NCBI GenBank assembly: GCA_963700755.1
Contig: CAVOYW010000008.1
Span: 141,318-205,317, forward strand
Source of the DNA: an uncultured Acidimicrobiales bacterium
GTDB taxonomy: Bacteria; Actinomycetota; Acidimicrobiia; Acidimicrobiales; SZUA-35
Length of the DNA: 64,000 nucleotides
Direction of reading: 5' to 3'
In this document: one piece after another, positions 53,556-62,377 of the stretch
Layout: the number at the start of each line of letters is the position of its first letter
Position numbering within the stretch: position 1 is the first letter of the stretch
The notes under the pieces: generated by a model
The model's database searches: none
What the model was told of the DNA's origin: nothing
Seen by the model: the letters and a program-made list of their open reading frames with translations, nothing else
Position numbers and translations under genes: made by a program

Positions 53556-54836
53556 TCACGTGGCCGGACCGGCGACGGACTCGACCGCGGGCGACACCGG
53601 GCGGCGTTGCCAGGGCGAGGCGCCGCGATCTCGGTGCCACGCCAACGCCGGCCCGATCCAGGTCAGACCGAGTGCGAGCACCACACCCGCCGTGGCGAGG
53701 ATCACCGGACGGGCCCCGAACCGGTCGAGTGCCGGACCGACCAGGGCGTAGCCCACCGCCATGCCGAGCGTGTTGCCCACACCGATCCCGGCGAAGGCCC
53801 GACCCAGCTTCTGCTCGACGACGTTCTCGACGACCGTGACCTCGGTCAGGACCAGTTCCGGACCCAGGCTCACACCCCACACGAGCCAACCGAGCGGCAG
53901 CAGCCACGGCTGATCGGCGACGACACCGATCCCGGCCCCGACGGCATAGACCGGGGCCGCCATCACGACGATGACCGGCACCGGTAGGCGGAACTCGTAG
54001 CCACCGAACAGTCCCATCCCGAGTGCAGCTCCGACGCCGTAGGCAGCAACACTGACGCCGAACCAGGATCCGGACCGACCGAGGTCCTCCTCGTACCAGA
54101 TCACCGCCGACGCCATCACCGCGGCGACCGTGACCATCACCGCGACGTTGTAGCCGAAGAGACGGCGGACCAGTGGCGTCTGGATGACCACCCCCATTCC
54201 GCCGACCAGGTCCCGGAACTGCCCGCCGAGCGACAGGCCCGTCCGTTCGGCCGCACGTCCGGCGTGGCCCCGGTCGACTCCGGGGATCGTCGCCATCACC
54301 AGGAACGAGATCACGAAGGTCCCGGCATTGAGCAGGATGGCATCGCGCGGACCGATGAGCTCGACCGCAACGGCGCCGATCGCCGGGCCGACCGTGATCG
54401 ACACGGCCTGCACGAGTCGTCGGATGGCGAGCACCTGCTGGAGGTCGCCCTCGGCCTGACCGGGCACGAGTGCATCGAACGACGGGTTGTCGATGGCGCC
54501 CATCGACCGGGCCAACACACCGAACAACACCACCAGCCAGACCGGACCCGAGGCGAAGGCGGCAACGAGCAGGAGCCCGCGCACGACGGCCGAGACCATC
54601 AGCACCAGGCGTCGATCCAGCGCATCGGCCAGGACACCTCCGACCACGCCCAGAATCACGGCGCCGACGAGTTCGGCCGTGAAGGTCAGCGAGGTCAGGA
54701 GGGCCGAGTTGGTGCGTTCGTAGACGTAGAGCGGCAGCGCAACGAGCGTCACGCCGTCGCCGGCCTCGGCAGCGAACTGGGATGTGACCATCCGCCGGAA
54801 GGTTCGCCGTCGCAGTGGTGCGATCATCGAGGACAT
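53556..54836 (-). CDS. MFS transporter
   Basis: The protein has about 12 TM segments. The ATG at 54836 gives MSSMIAPLRRRTFRRM. The upstream part of the ORF is not protein-like. Confidence 0.8.
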   Translation of the reverse strand: MSSMIAPLRRRTFRRMVTSQFAAEAGDGVTLVALPLYVYERTNSALLTSLTFTAELVGAVILGVVGGVLADALDRRLVLMVSAVVRGLLLVAAFASGPVWLVVLFGVLARSMGAIDNPSFDALVPGQAEGDLQQVLAIRRLVQAVSITVGPAIGAVAVELIGPRDAILLNAGTFVISFLVMATIPGVDRGHAGRAAERTGLSLGGQFRDLVGGMGVVIQTPLVRRLFGYNVAVMVTVAAVMASAVIWYEEDLGRSGSWFGVSVAAYGVGAALGMGLFGGYEFRLPVPVIVVMAAPVYAVGAGIGVVADQPWLLPLGWLVWGVSLGPELVLTEVTVVENVVEQKLGRAFAGIGVGNTLGMAVGYALVGPALDRFGARPVILATAGVVLALGLTWIGPALAWHRDRGASPWQRRPVSPAVESVAGPAT

Positions 54837-54954
54837 CGCCCCGACGCTAGCCAAACCCGGGGAGCCCGCATCGTCCCGGTCGAACGAACCGGGTCGGAGA
54901 CGAAGGGCGGATGTCGTGCTCAAGATCGGGCCCCGGCGCGACGATACGTGCGCC

Positions 54955-55743
54955 ATGTTGATCCGGGCCTGGCGGCGCAAGGATGCCGAGACGGAAGGCA
55001 TGGGTGACACGACCGGATGCGGGGCTGCATCGCCGACCCCGAACGCTCGGCGCCTGCTGGTCCTGACGGGGGCCGAGGTGTCGGTCGACTCGGGGATCCC
55101 GACCTTTCGTGCACCCGGAGCCCGACGAGGTGATGCCGGTGAATCGGATGCGGGCAGCCCCGGCGCTCCGGTCTTCCTCCGTGACCTCGTCGACCGACCG
55201 GGCGAGGTCTTTGCGCTCGTGCGAGCGATCACCGAGGCGTCACTCGAGGCAAGTCCCAACCCCGGGCACTTCGCCATCGCCGCCTGTCAGCGCCGACTGC
55301 GGGACCGGGGTGGTGACCTGACGCTCCTGACGACGAACATCGACGACCTCCACGAACGGGCCGGCGCCGAGACGCTTCACCTGTACGGCCGGAGCTGGAT
55401 GGACTCCTGCCTCGGGTGCGACCACGTCGCTCACTCCGGTCATCGCCCCGGTATCTGTGCCAACTGCGGCGGAACATTGCGCCCCGACGTCGTCCTCGTC
55501 GGCGAACCGACCCACGCCGAGGCGAGCTGGCACGGGCACCGTGCGCTCGAGGACGCCGACGCCGTGTACGTCGTCGGCACATCCGGGAGTACCGGATTCG
55601 CCCGGAGTTGGGTGCGCAAGGCGCGACAGGTGGGTGCAACGACCGTGCTCGTCGCCGAGGACCCCGAGCCCGACTACGCCGCCGAATTCGACGTGGTGGT
55701 CCGCGACCGGGCCACCAACCTCGCCGACTACCTGCCCGTCTGA
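54955..55743 (+). CDS. Sir2-family NAD-dependent protein deacylase
   Basis: The protein has GAEVSVDSGIPTFR, TNIDDLHERAG and the Zn motif CLGC...CANCGG. The start is uncertain (54955 or 55000). Confidence 0.8.
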   Translation: MLIRAWRRKDAETEGMGDTTGCGAASPTPNARRLLVLTGAEVSVDSGIPTFRAPGARRGDAGESDAGSPGAPVFLRDLVDRPGEVFALVRAITEASLEASPNPGHFAIAACQRRLRDRGGDLTLLTTNIDDLHERAGAETLHLYGRSWMDSCLGCDHVAHSGHRPGICANCGGTLRPDVVLVGEPTHAEASWHGHRALEDADAVYVVGTSGSTGFARSWVRKARQVGATTVLVAEDPEPDYAAEFDVVVRDRATNLADYLPV

Positions 55744-55777
55744 GGTCGGGCGAGGACCGCCACCGGGCACGGCGCCG

Positions 55778-56782
55778 TCAGCGGACGGGTAGCACCGAGG
55801 CGGCGATCTCGAGCCGGCCCACCTCGACGCCGTCCTGGTTCCTCCGTGTCCGATCGTCCCACTCCGCCAGATCCTGTCGTTCCGGCCCGGTCAGGTGCCC
55901 GTTGGCGGACAGGACGTCGATGATGAGGGCAGGTAGCGGGCGATCGCTTCCGTCATCGATCTTCAGGGCATAGCCGACTCCCTCGCCGACCACGCCGACG
56001 ACGAGGACACCCTCGGCGCCGCCTTTCACGAAGAGTCGGCCGTCGGTCGCGCTGATCAGGTCGGTGTCGAACCGTTGCCGGCTGCCGCCGATCAGCTCCG
56101 GATGGACCCGTGCCGCGCGGGTCATGCGTTCCGCGGCCAGAGCCGTCGCCGGGGCCAGGCGGCTCGGATTTGCGATCCGGGCGATGCCGGTGGCCAGACC
56201 ATGCAGCCGCATCCGGAACGTCGGAGCGCTGCAGCCGTCGATCGCCGTCGTGAACGAGTCCTCGTCGCCGGCCCCGACGAGGGTGGTCGTCGCCTCGAAG
56301 ACCGCTTGCTGAACGGCCCCATCAGGGCGCAGATAGTCCGCCGGATCGGTCCCCAGGAAGCGGGCGAGCGCGAGGAATCCGACGTGTTTCCCCGAGCAGT
56401 TCATGGCGGCCCGCCGCTCCGCCTCGGTCGACCAGGGCGCCAGTGGTCGCTGAGGCCCGCACTGAAGGTCGTCTTCGCCCAGCCCCAATCGTTCGAGCGT
56501 TGCCAGCACCCGTTCGACGTGGATCGACTCTCCGCTGTGCGAGGCAATGGCGAGCGCCACATCGCCATCGTCGAACCCGGCGGCGTCGGCTGCGCCACTG
56601 ACCAGGAGCGGCAGCGCCTGGAAGGACTTGGTGGCACTTCTCGGGAACACGAACTGGTCGGGGTCACCGGCTGCGTCCAACACGGTCCCATCGGTGTCGA
56701 CCACGACCCAGGTTCCACGGTGCAGGGACTCGACGGCAGGTCCCCGCCACAGACGGCAGACGACGGGGTTGGTCTCGATCAT
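55778..56782 (-). CDS. asparaginase II family protein
   Basis: The sequence contains PRSATKSFQALP...HSGE...NCSGKH as remembered for PF06089. The ATG is at 56782. Confidence 0.7.
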   Translation of the reverse strand: MIETNPVVCRLWRGPAVESLHRGTWVVVDTDGTVLDAAGDPDQFVFPRSATKSFQALPLLVSGAADAAGFDDGDVALAIASHSGESIHVERVLATLERLGLGEDDLQCGPQRPLAPWSTEAERRAAMNCSGKHVGFLALARFLGTDPADYLRPDGAVQQAVFEATTTLVGAGDEDSFTTAIDGCSAPTFRMRLHGLATGIARIANPSRLAPATALAAERMTRAARVHPELIGGSRQRFDTDLISATDGRLFVKGGAEGVLVVGVVGEGVGYALKIDDGSDRPLPALIIDVLSANGHLTGPERQDLAEWDDRTRRNQDGVEVGRLEIAASVLPVR

Positions 56783-56859
56783 CCCGGCGGATGGTACTGG
56801 ATCACCCGGTTCGTCACGGCTCGCTCGTCCACCCCGCCGTTTCGTCTTCCCGGGGGTGA

Positions 56860-56920
56860 TTCTCCCCATTCAGACCGAGGTCGGCTCCGTCGATCACTCG
56901 AGCATCATCGGATCACGAAC
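56860..56920 (+). promoter_or_regulatory. conserved leader element, copy 1 (core TTCTCCCCATTCAGACC)
   Basis: A 17-nt core is identical to 57226-57242. The CCGTCGAT and CATC blocks lie at the same offsets (27 and 43 nt) in both copies. Confidence 0.55.
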
Positions 56921-56932
56921 AAGGACCCAATC

Positions 56933-57049
56933 ATGAGCACCACCGCCAAAGCCCGCCTCTACGCCACCTCCGCCGTCGTCGGCATCGGCACCATGATCAC
57001 CGTCATGGGCGCCCCCTGGAAGTTCAACTTCGTGGCTTCCTGGTTCTGA
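56933..57049 (+). CDS. small hydrophobic peptide, 38 aa (MSTTAKARLYATSAVVGIGTMITVMGAPWKFNFVASWF)
   Basis: AAGGA lies 7 nt upstream of the start. The peptide is a paralog of the 32-aa sORF at 57407, with synonymous and conservative differences only. It has a single predicted TM helix. Confidence 0.65.
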   Translation: MSTTAKARLYATSAVVGIGTMITVMGAPWKFNFVASWF

Positions 57050-57072
57050 TCCAACCCGGCGACACACTTCTT

Positions 57073-57099
57073 GGGGAATCGAGCTCCGGCTCGGTTCCC
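57073..57099 (+). terminator. hairpin after sORF1 (GGGGAATCGAGC-tccg-GCTCGGTTCCC)
   Basis: The stem is about 11 bp including one G-T pair. The stem sequence is nearly the same as that of the hairpin after sORF2. Confidence 0.5.
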
Positions 57100-57225
57100 T
57101 TCGTCACGTCCGGGGTCGCGGCAATGCTGCCTCGTCCGATGCTCGTGGGCACCGTCCCGGCTGTCGTCGCATCGAACGGAGTCGGCCTCGTCACCCGAGC
57201 AGAGCGGACCACGGCCGCAGGGCAG

Positions 57226-57284
57226 TTCTCCCCATTCAGACCTCCCCCCGGGCCGTCGATGACCAGAACATCGAAGCAACGAGC
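57226..57284 (+). promoter_or_regulatory. conserved leader element, copy 2
   Basis: See copy 1. Relative to overlapping ORFs it is read in a different frame than copy 1, so the conservation is at nucleotide level. Confidence 0.55.
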
Positions 57285-57406
57285 CCGCCGGGCCCCAACC
57301 TCCGACGAAAAGACCATCAAAGGAACCGGGATGATCACCAACCCCACGAGCACCGAGTGCAACGATGCCCCCATCGTTCGCAAGTGGTGAGAAGAGAAGG
57401 AACGAC

Positions 57407-57505
57407 ATGAGCACAACCACCAAAGCACGGATCTACGCCACCACAGCGATCGTCGGCATCAGCGGTCTGATCACCGTGATGGGCGCCCCCTGGAAGTTCA
57501 ACTGA
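57407..57505 (+). CDS. small hydrophobic peptide, 32 aa (MSTTTKARIYATTAIVGISGLITVMGAPWKFN)
   Basis: GAAGGAA lies 5-6 nt upstream of the start. The peptide is a paralog of sORF1, and the stop TGA is at 57503-57505. Confidence 0.65.
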   Translation: MSTTTKARIYATTAIVGISGLITVMGAPWKFN

Positions 57506-57533
57506 ATCCATCTACCCACCGACCGCGACCCTC

Positions 57534-57562
57534 GGGGGAATCGAGCCTGGCTCGATTCCCCC
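57534..57562 (+). terminator. hairpin after sORF2 (perfect 13-bp stem GGGGGAATCGAGC / GCTCGATTCCCCC, 3-nt loop)
   Basis: I read this directly. There is no U-tract, which is common in high-GC actinobacteria. Confidence 0.55.
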
Positions 57563-57639
57563 GAATCGCGTCCGGCCTCAAGGCGCGTCGGCGACGGCCG
57601 ATAGTGGAAGGAACCTCCCTGCGTAGGACCAGCCGCTCC

Positions 57640-59679
57640 ATGCCCCGATCGATCTCCAAACGCCTACGCCCGCACCGACTGACCCTGCTGATCTGGCTCT
57701 CGGTGCTGGCCGCGGCCTGTCTCTGGCTCGGTACCTACGCCGAGCTCGACGGGGCACCGCTGCTCGGTGATCACCCCGAGATGTTCGTGGTGTTCTCGCT
57801 GTTGCTGATCGCGACCGAGCTCAAGCCGATGCCGTCGCTGACCGACGACACCGAGCTGACCGCCTCGTGGGCGTTCGCCTTCACCCTGCTCTTCACCGCA
57901 CCGGCCGCCGGCGCGCTCATGGCGGTGGGGCTGGCCCCCATCATCGGCGACCTCAAGCGACGGAAACGGCTCGACCGGACGCTCTTCAACGCCGCCCAGT
58001 TCATGCTCAGCCTCGAGTTCGGCGGCCTCGTCGGATCGCTCGTGGAGGACCTGTCGATCGTGGCCGACGGCCAACCGGTCTCGCTCCGCTGGCTGGCCGC
58101 CGTCGGTCTGGCCTGTGCCGCCGGCTTCGCCGCCAACAGCGTGTTCATCAGCGTGGCCATCGCGTTCCACATGGGCCTCCCGGTGAAGGAGATGCTGCAT
58201 CGATCGCTCGGCATCAATCTCAGCATGGACGGGCTCTTGCTCGCGCTGGCGCCCATTTTCGTGGTGATCGGGCTGGAAGCGTTGATCCTCGTCCCACTCA
58301 TGTTGCTCACCGTTTGGATCATCTTCCGCAGCGCCGCCCTGGCGCTGCGGAACAAGCACGACGCGACGCACGATCAGCTCACGGGTATCGCCAATCGCCG
58401 TCTCTTCGAGGATCATGCCGCGATGATCATCGAGCAATCGAAGACCACCGGCCTCCCGTTCGCCCTGGTGCACATCGATCTCGACGGCTTCAAGGGCATC
58501 AACGACAGACTGGGACATCACTATGGCGACCTGGTGCTCGTCGAGGTCGCATCCCGGCTGAAGTCCGGCGAACGCTCCACCGATCAGTCGGCCCGACTCG
58601 GAGGCGACGAGTTCGCCCTGTTGATCGCCGACATCACCGACCCGGCCGAGGCCGAGAGCGTGGCTCAGCGCCTGCTCGATCTGATCTCGGCTCCCCTCGA
58701 CATCGACGGGGTCCCGCTGACCGTGGGCGCCAGCATGGGCGTCGCCCTCTTCCCCGAGCACGGCGAGGACGTCAACCAACTCCTGCATCACGCCGACATC
58801 GCGATGTACGAGGCGAAGGCCTGCGGCGGTGGTGTCCGGGTGTTCGAAGGGATCGAGGAATCGCCCGGTCCTCCTCGCTTCGGATTGCTGACCGACCTGA
58901 CCAGGGCCATCGAATCCGGCGAACTCAGTTTGGCCTACCAACCCAAGGTCGATCTCGACACCGGGCAGATCTCGACCGTCGAAGCCCTGCTCCGTTGGAA
59001 CCACCCCACCCACGGCCCCGTGCGGCCCGGATGGTTCATGCCCCAGGTCGAACAAACCGATCTCATCAACGCACTGACCGATCACGTGATCGACATGGCG
59101 CTGTCCCAGTGCCGCCGCTGGGCCGGGGAAGGCATCTCGGTCTCGATCGCGGTCAACGTCTCGGCCCGGAATCTGCACGATCTGCGTTTTCCGGATCGGG
59201 TCGCTCAGAAACTCGCCGAACAGGGTCTCGACCCGTCGGTCCTCGAGATCGAGCTCACCGAGAACGCCGTCATGGAGGACCCGATCCGATCGGCGGCCGT
59301 CCTTGCCCGATTGCGTGCCGTCGGCGTCACCCTGGCCATCGACGACTTCGGCACCGGCTACTCGTCGCTGTCGGTCCTGCGTGACCTCGACGTGGATCGC
59401 ATCAAGATCGACCGCTCGTTCGTGACCAACCTGGCAGTCGACGAGGGTGACCTCACGATCGTCCGGTCCGTGATCGAACTCGGTCACAACCTCGGGCTTC
59501 GGGCCGTGGCCGAAGGCGTGGAAACCGTCGAGGCCATGACCGTCCTCCAGGCGATCGGCTGCGACGAGATCCAGGGCTTTCTGCTCGCGATCCCGGTGCC
59601 CGCCGCCGAGCTCACCCCCCTCCTGCGTCTCGGTCGGGTCGATCTGGCCGAGCTGGCCCGAACGAAGGTTCTCCCGTGA
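57640..59679 (+). CDS. membrane-sensor diguanylate cyclase/phosphodiesterase (multi-TM N-domain + GGDEF + EAL)
   Basis: The protein has RLGGDEFALL (GGDEF), and LEIELTEN, DDFGTGYSSL and EGVE (EAL). There are about 8 TM helices N-terminally. The start is the ATG at 57640 or the GTG at 57604. Confidence 0.9.
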   Translation: MPRSISKRLRPHRLTLLIWLSVLAAACLWLGTYAELDGAPLLGDHPEMFVVFSLLLIATELKPMPSLTDDTELTASWAFAFTLLFTAPAAGALMAVGLAPIIGDLKRRKRLDRTLFNAAQFMLSLEFGGLVGSLVEDLSIVADGQPVSLRWLAAVGLACAAGFAANSVFISVAIAFHMGLPVKEMLHRSLGINLSMDGLLLALAPIFVVIGLEALILVPLMLLTVWIIFRSAALALRNKHDATHDQLTGIANRRLFEDHAAMIIEQSKTTGLPFALVHIDLDGFKGINDRLGHHYGDLVLVEVASRLKSGERSTDQSARLGGDEFALLIADITDPAEAESVAQRLLDLISAPLDIDGVPLTVGASMGVALFPEHGEDVNQLLHHADIAMYEAKACGGGVRVFEGIEESPGPPRFGLLTDLTRAIESGELSLAYQPKVDLDTGQISTVEALLRWNHPTHGPVRPGWFMPQVEQTDLINALTDHVIDMALSQCRRWAGEGISVSIAVNVSARNLHDLRFPDRVAQKLAEQGLDPSVLEIELTENAVMEDPIRSAAVLARLRAVGVTLAIDDFGTGYSSLSVLRDLDVDRIKIDRSFVTNLAVDEGDLTIVRSVIELGHNLGLRAVAEGVETVEAMTVLQAIGCDEIQGFLLAIPVPAAELTPLLRLGRVDLAELARTKVLP

Positions 59680-60431
59680 TCACTGCCGTCGTGTTCCTGA
59701 TCCTCGTGCTCACGGTGCCGCTGCTCGGGGGGAGTCTCACCCGGCTCGGTGAGGTTCGACTCACGTCGTGGTGGACGATCGTCGCGTCGCTGGTGATCCA
59801 GGTCGTCCTGATCGAGGTCCTGTCGGACTCCTTCGGCGGCAAGACCGCTGCCACCCTCCACCTGTCGAGCTACGGACTGGCGTTCATGTTCGTCTGGTAC
59901 AACCGTCGGCTCGTCGGTATGGGAGTGATGGTGCTCGGAGGCGTGATGAACGCGGCAGCGATCGCCGCGAACGGTGGCGTGATGCCTGCTCGCCTCGAAG
60001 CGCTGGAAACGGCCGGAATCATCAGCGACTCTCCGACCTTCGAGAACTCGGCCCCGGTCGAGAACGCTCGACTCGCCTTCCTCGGCGACGTGTTCGCCAT
60101 CCCCGAAGGCGTGCCCTTCGCCAACGTGTTCAGCATCGGCGACATCCTGCTCGTCCTGGGCGGCGGCGTCACGGTCCACATCATCGGCCGTTCGAAGCTC
60201 GGACGATTGCTCCAACCCCGTTCGGGCGCCGACCTCGGCGACGGTGATCCCCAGGGCGAGGACGTCCGGTCGGCCGAGCCCGACCTGGTCGACATCGAAC
60301 AGACACTCTCGTCGTTGTCGGCCGGCCGACCCCGGTCCGAAGGCGCCGAGGAACGACTGGAACGGGTGCGGGCACTCCGGCAGGAATGGACCGAGACCGC
60401 CGGTCGATCGGAGCTCAGCTCCAGAGGGTGA
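59676..60431 (+). CDS. DUF5317-like integral membrane protein
   Basis: A GTGA overlap with the upstream stop indicates an operon. The sequence contains AAIAANGGVMP...FANVFSIGDILLVLG as remembered for DUF5317. Confidence 0.55.
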   Translation: MITAVVFLILVLTVPLLGGSLTRLGEVRLTSWWTIVASLVIQVVLIEVLSDSFGGKTAATLHLSSYGLAFMFVWYNRRLVGMGVMVLGGVMNAAAIAANGGVMPARLEALETAGIISDSPTFENSAPVENARLAFLGDVFAIPEGVPFANVFSIGDILLVLGGGVTVHIIGRSKLGRLLQPRSGADLGDGDPQGEDVRSAEPDLVDIEQTLSSLSAGRPRSEGAEERLERVRALRQEWTETAGRSELSSRG

Positions 60432-61410
60432 CGTGCACGCTCGGCCGGAAGTGCGAGATGTTCGCTCCGGATCCGCTCAGCATCGACTGGATCGCCCGAG
60501 GAGTCGAAACGAATCGTGCGAGTTCGGCCGCCGCCGGGCTCACGCCACGATCGGGCGGGAGCGTCAGCGCCGACCAGGTTCCATCGGCTTGGGTTCCCGG
60601 TCCGTCGAGCCGCACCAGCTGCCCGGACTCCGCTGCCTTGGCCAACCGATTCGCCGGGACGATCGCCAGTCCCCGACCGTTTCGGGCCTCGTCGAGCGCC
60701 GCGGCGTGGCTCTGGAAGATCCGCTGCTTCGCTTCGGGTATCGACAGTCGGGCGAGCAGGGCATTGGCAACACCGCCGGCCTCGATGGCCGATGGACCCA
60801 GGTACCAGGTTGCCCCAGCCAGCTCCCCGGCGGTGACCCGACGGCCGGCGAGCCGGTGCTTCGGCGACGCAACGACGACGAGCGTGTAACGCAGGAACTC
60901 ACGCTGCACGAGCGAGTCGCTGGTGCTCGCCGGGCTGGGGCCCAGGGCGATGTCGGCGCCGCGAGACGTCAGCAACTCGGTGAACTCGTGGGGCGAATGG
61001 ACGGCCATCTCGACGTCGAGATCCTTGGCTCGGGTCGAGAACAGTTCGATGAGTCCCGGTGCCGACATCTCGCCGAAGAGCGACGACACGGCGAGCCGCA
61101 ACACCCGCCGACCGGTGGCGGCCGCCCGGACCTCGAGTCGGGTCTGATCCTGGAGACCCAGCAGTTCGACCGCCCGCGTCGCCAGTCGCAGACCGCCGGG
61201 GGTGAACGACAGCCCGGCGCCCGAGCGATGGAACAGGTCGTCGTCGAGCTCGCGCCGTAAGGAGGCGACATGATTCGACACCGCGGCCTCGCTCACGTCG
61301 AGCTCGGCAGCGGCTGCCCTCGACGAACCATGCCGGACGATCGCGGCGTAGGTCCGGAGCTGGGTCGGCGTCACGAGACCACGGTAGGTCACGATCCGGG
61401 CACCGGCCAC
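60415..61410 (-). CDS. LysR family transcriptional regulator (divergent from coxMSL)
   Basis: The HTH region is LRTYAAIVRHGSSRAAAAELDVSEAAVSNHVASLRREL. The start is uncertain. Confidence 0.85.
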   Translation of the reverse strand: MAGARIVTYRGLVTPTQLRTYAAIVRHGSSRAAAAELDVSEAAVSNHVASLRRELDDDLFHRSGAGLSFTPGGLRLATRAVELLGLQDQTRLEVRAAATGRRVLRLAVSSLFGEMSAPGLIELFSTRAKDLDVEMAVHSPHEFTELLTSRGADIALGPSPASTSDSLVQREFLRYTLVVVASPKHRLAGRRVTAGELAGATWYLGPSAIEAGGVANALLARLSIPEAKQRIFQSHAAALDEARNGRGLAIVPANRLAKAAESGQLVRLDGPGTQADGTWSALTLPPDRGVSPAAAELARFVSTPRAIQSMLSGSGANISHFRPSVHVTLWS

Positions 61411-61498
61411 GCGACTTCAGCAATGTCTGAAGCGACTCTTGACGGGCCAGGCGAGCCGGGCGATGGTGGCCCCGGGACCACGCAACAAAGGGGACATC

Positions 61499-62377
61499 AT
61501 GCAGGTGCCAGCACCGTTCGAGTACGAACGGGCCACCAGCGTCGAGCACGCCATCTCGTTGATGGAGCGGCTCGGCGACGAGGCCCGCATCGTTGCAGGG
61601 GGCCACAGCCTCCTGCCGATGATGAAACTGCGTATGGCAACACCCGAGTACCTGATCGACATCAACGATCTCGTCGACGAACTCGCCTACATCCGCTTCA
61701 CCGATTCCGAGGTGCGGATCGGCGCCTTGACCCGGCACCGGGAGCTGCTCGAGAACGACCGACTGGCCGCGGTCTTCCCGATCTTCCGGGATGCCGAGAA
61801 GGTGATCGCCGACCCGGTGGTCCGCAACCGCGGGACCCTCGGCGGTTCGCTGTGCCAGGCCGATCCGGCCGAGGACCTCTCGGCGGTGTGCGATGCGCTC
61901 GACGCCAGCTGCGTGATCCGCAACAGTTCGGGCGAACGGGTGGTGTCGATGCACGACTTCCACCAGGGTCCCTACGAGACGGCCGTCGGCGATGGCGAGA
62001 TGCTCACCGAGGTCCGCTTCCCGATCAAGGCGAACTCGAGTTCGGCCTACCACAAGGTCGAACGGCGGGCCGGTGACTGGGCGGTGGCCTCCGCGGGGGC
62101 AGCCGTCACCGTGATCGACGGCCGGATCACCGACGGTCGGGTCGGGCTCTGCGCCGTCGGCCCGAACCTCACCAACGTCGAGCCGATCTCGGCCGCGCTC
62201 CGCGGCCAGGAGCCCTCCGAGGAGCTGTACGCCCTCGTCGGTCAGCTCGCCGCCGACAACGCGTCTCCGAGTACCGACACCCGGGGAACGGCGGCCTACA
62301 AGACCCATCTGGCCAAGGAACTGACCATCCGATCGCTGCGCAAGGCGGTCGCCCGTGCGACTGGAGTCGAGCAATGA
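61499..62377 (+). CDS. coxM: molybdo-flavoprotein dehydrogenase FAD-binding (medium) subunit, CoxM-like
   Basis: The sequence contains IVAGGHSLLPMMKLR and GTLGGSL. AAAGGGGA precedes the ATG at 61499. Confidence 0.85.
   Translation: MQVPAPFEYERATSVEHAISLMERLGDEARIVAGGHSLLPMMKLRMATPEYLIDINDLVDELAYIRFTDSEVRIGALTRHRELLENDRLAAVFPIFRDAEKVIADPVVRNRGTLGGSLCQADPAEDLSAVCDALDASCVIRNSSGERVVSMHDFHQGPYETAVGDGEMLTEVRFPIKANSSSAYHKVERRAGDWAVASAGAAVTVIDGRITDGRVGLCAVGPNLTNVEPISAALRGQEPSEELYALVGQLAADNASPSTDTRGTAAYKTHLAKELTIRSLRKAVARATGVEQ

Noticed and set aside
56547-56936. The 129-aa plus-strand ORF, and the 88-aa ORF at 57124-57390, as real genes upstream of the sORFs.
   Set aside because: The first is antisense to the asparaginase II gene, and both have Pro/Arg/Ser-rich low-information sequence. 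Only their extreme 3' portions are discussed as possible uORFs.
56933-57505. The two small peptides as KdpF, CydX-type oxidase subunits, or RiPP/lasso/lanthipeptide precursors.
   Set aside because: There are no kdp or cyd genes nearby and no RiPP maturation enzymes (cyclase, dehydratase, radical-SAM, protease/ABC exporter) adjacent. There is no Cys/Ser/Thr-rich core and no Asp/Glu at the lasso ring position. The C-terminal PWKF only loosely recalls the KdpF PEKF ending.
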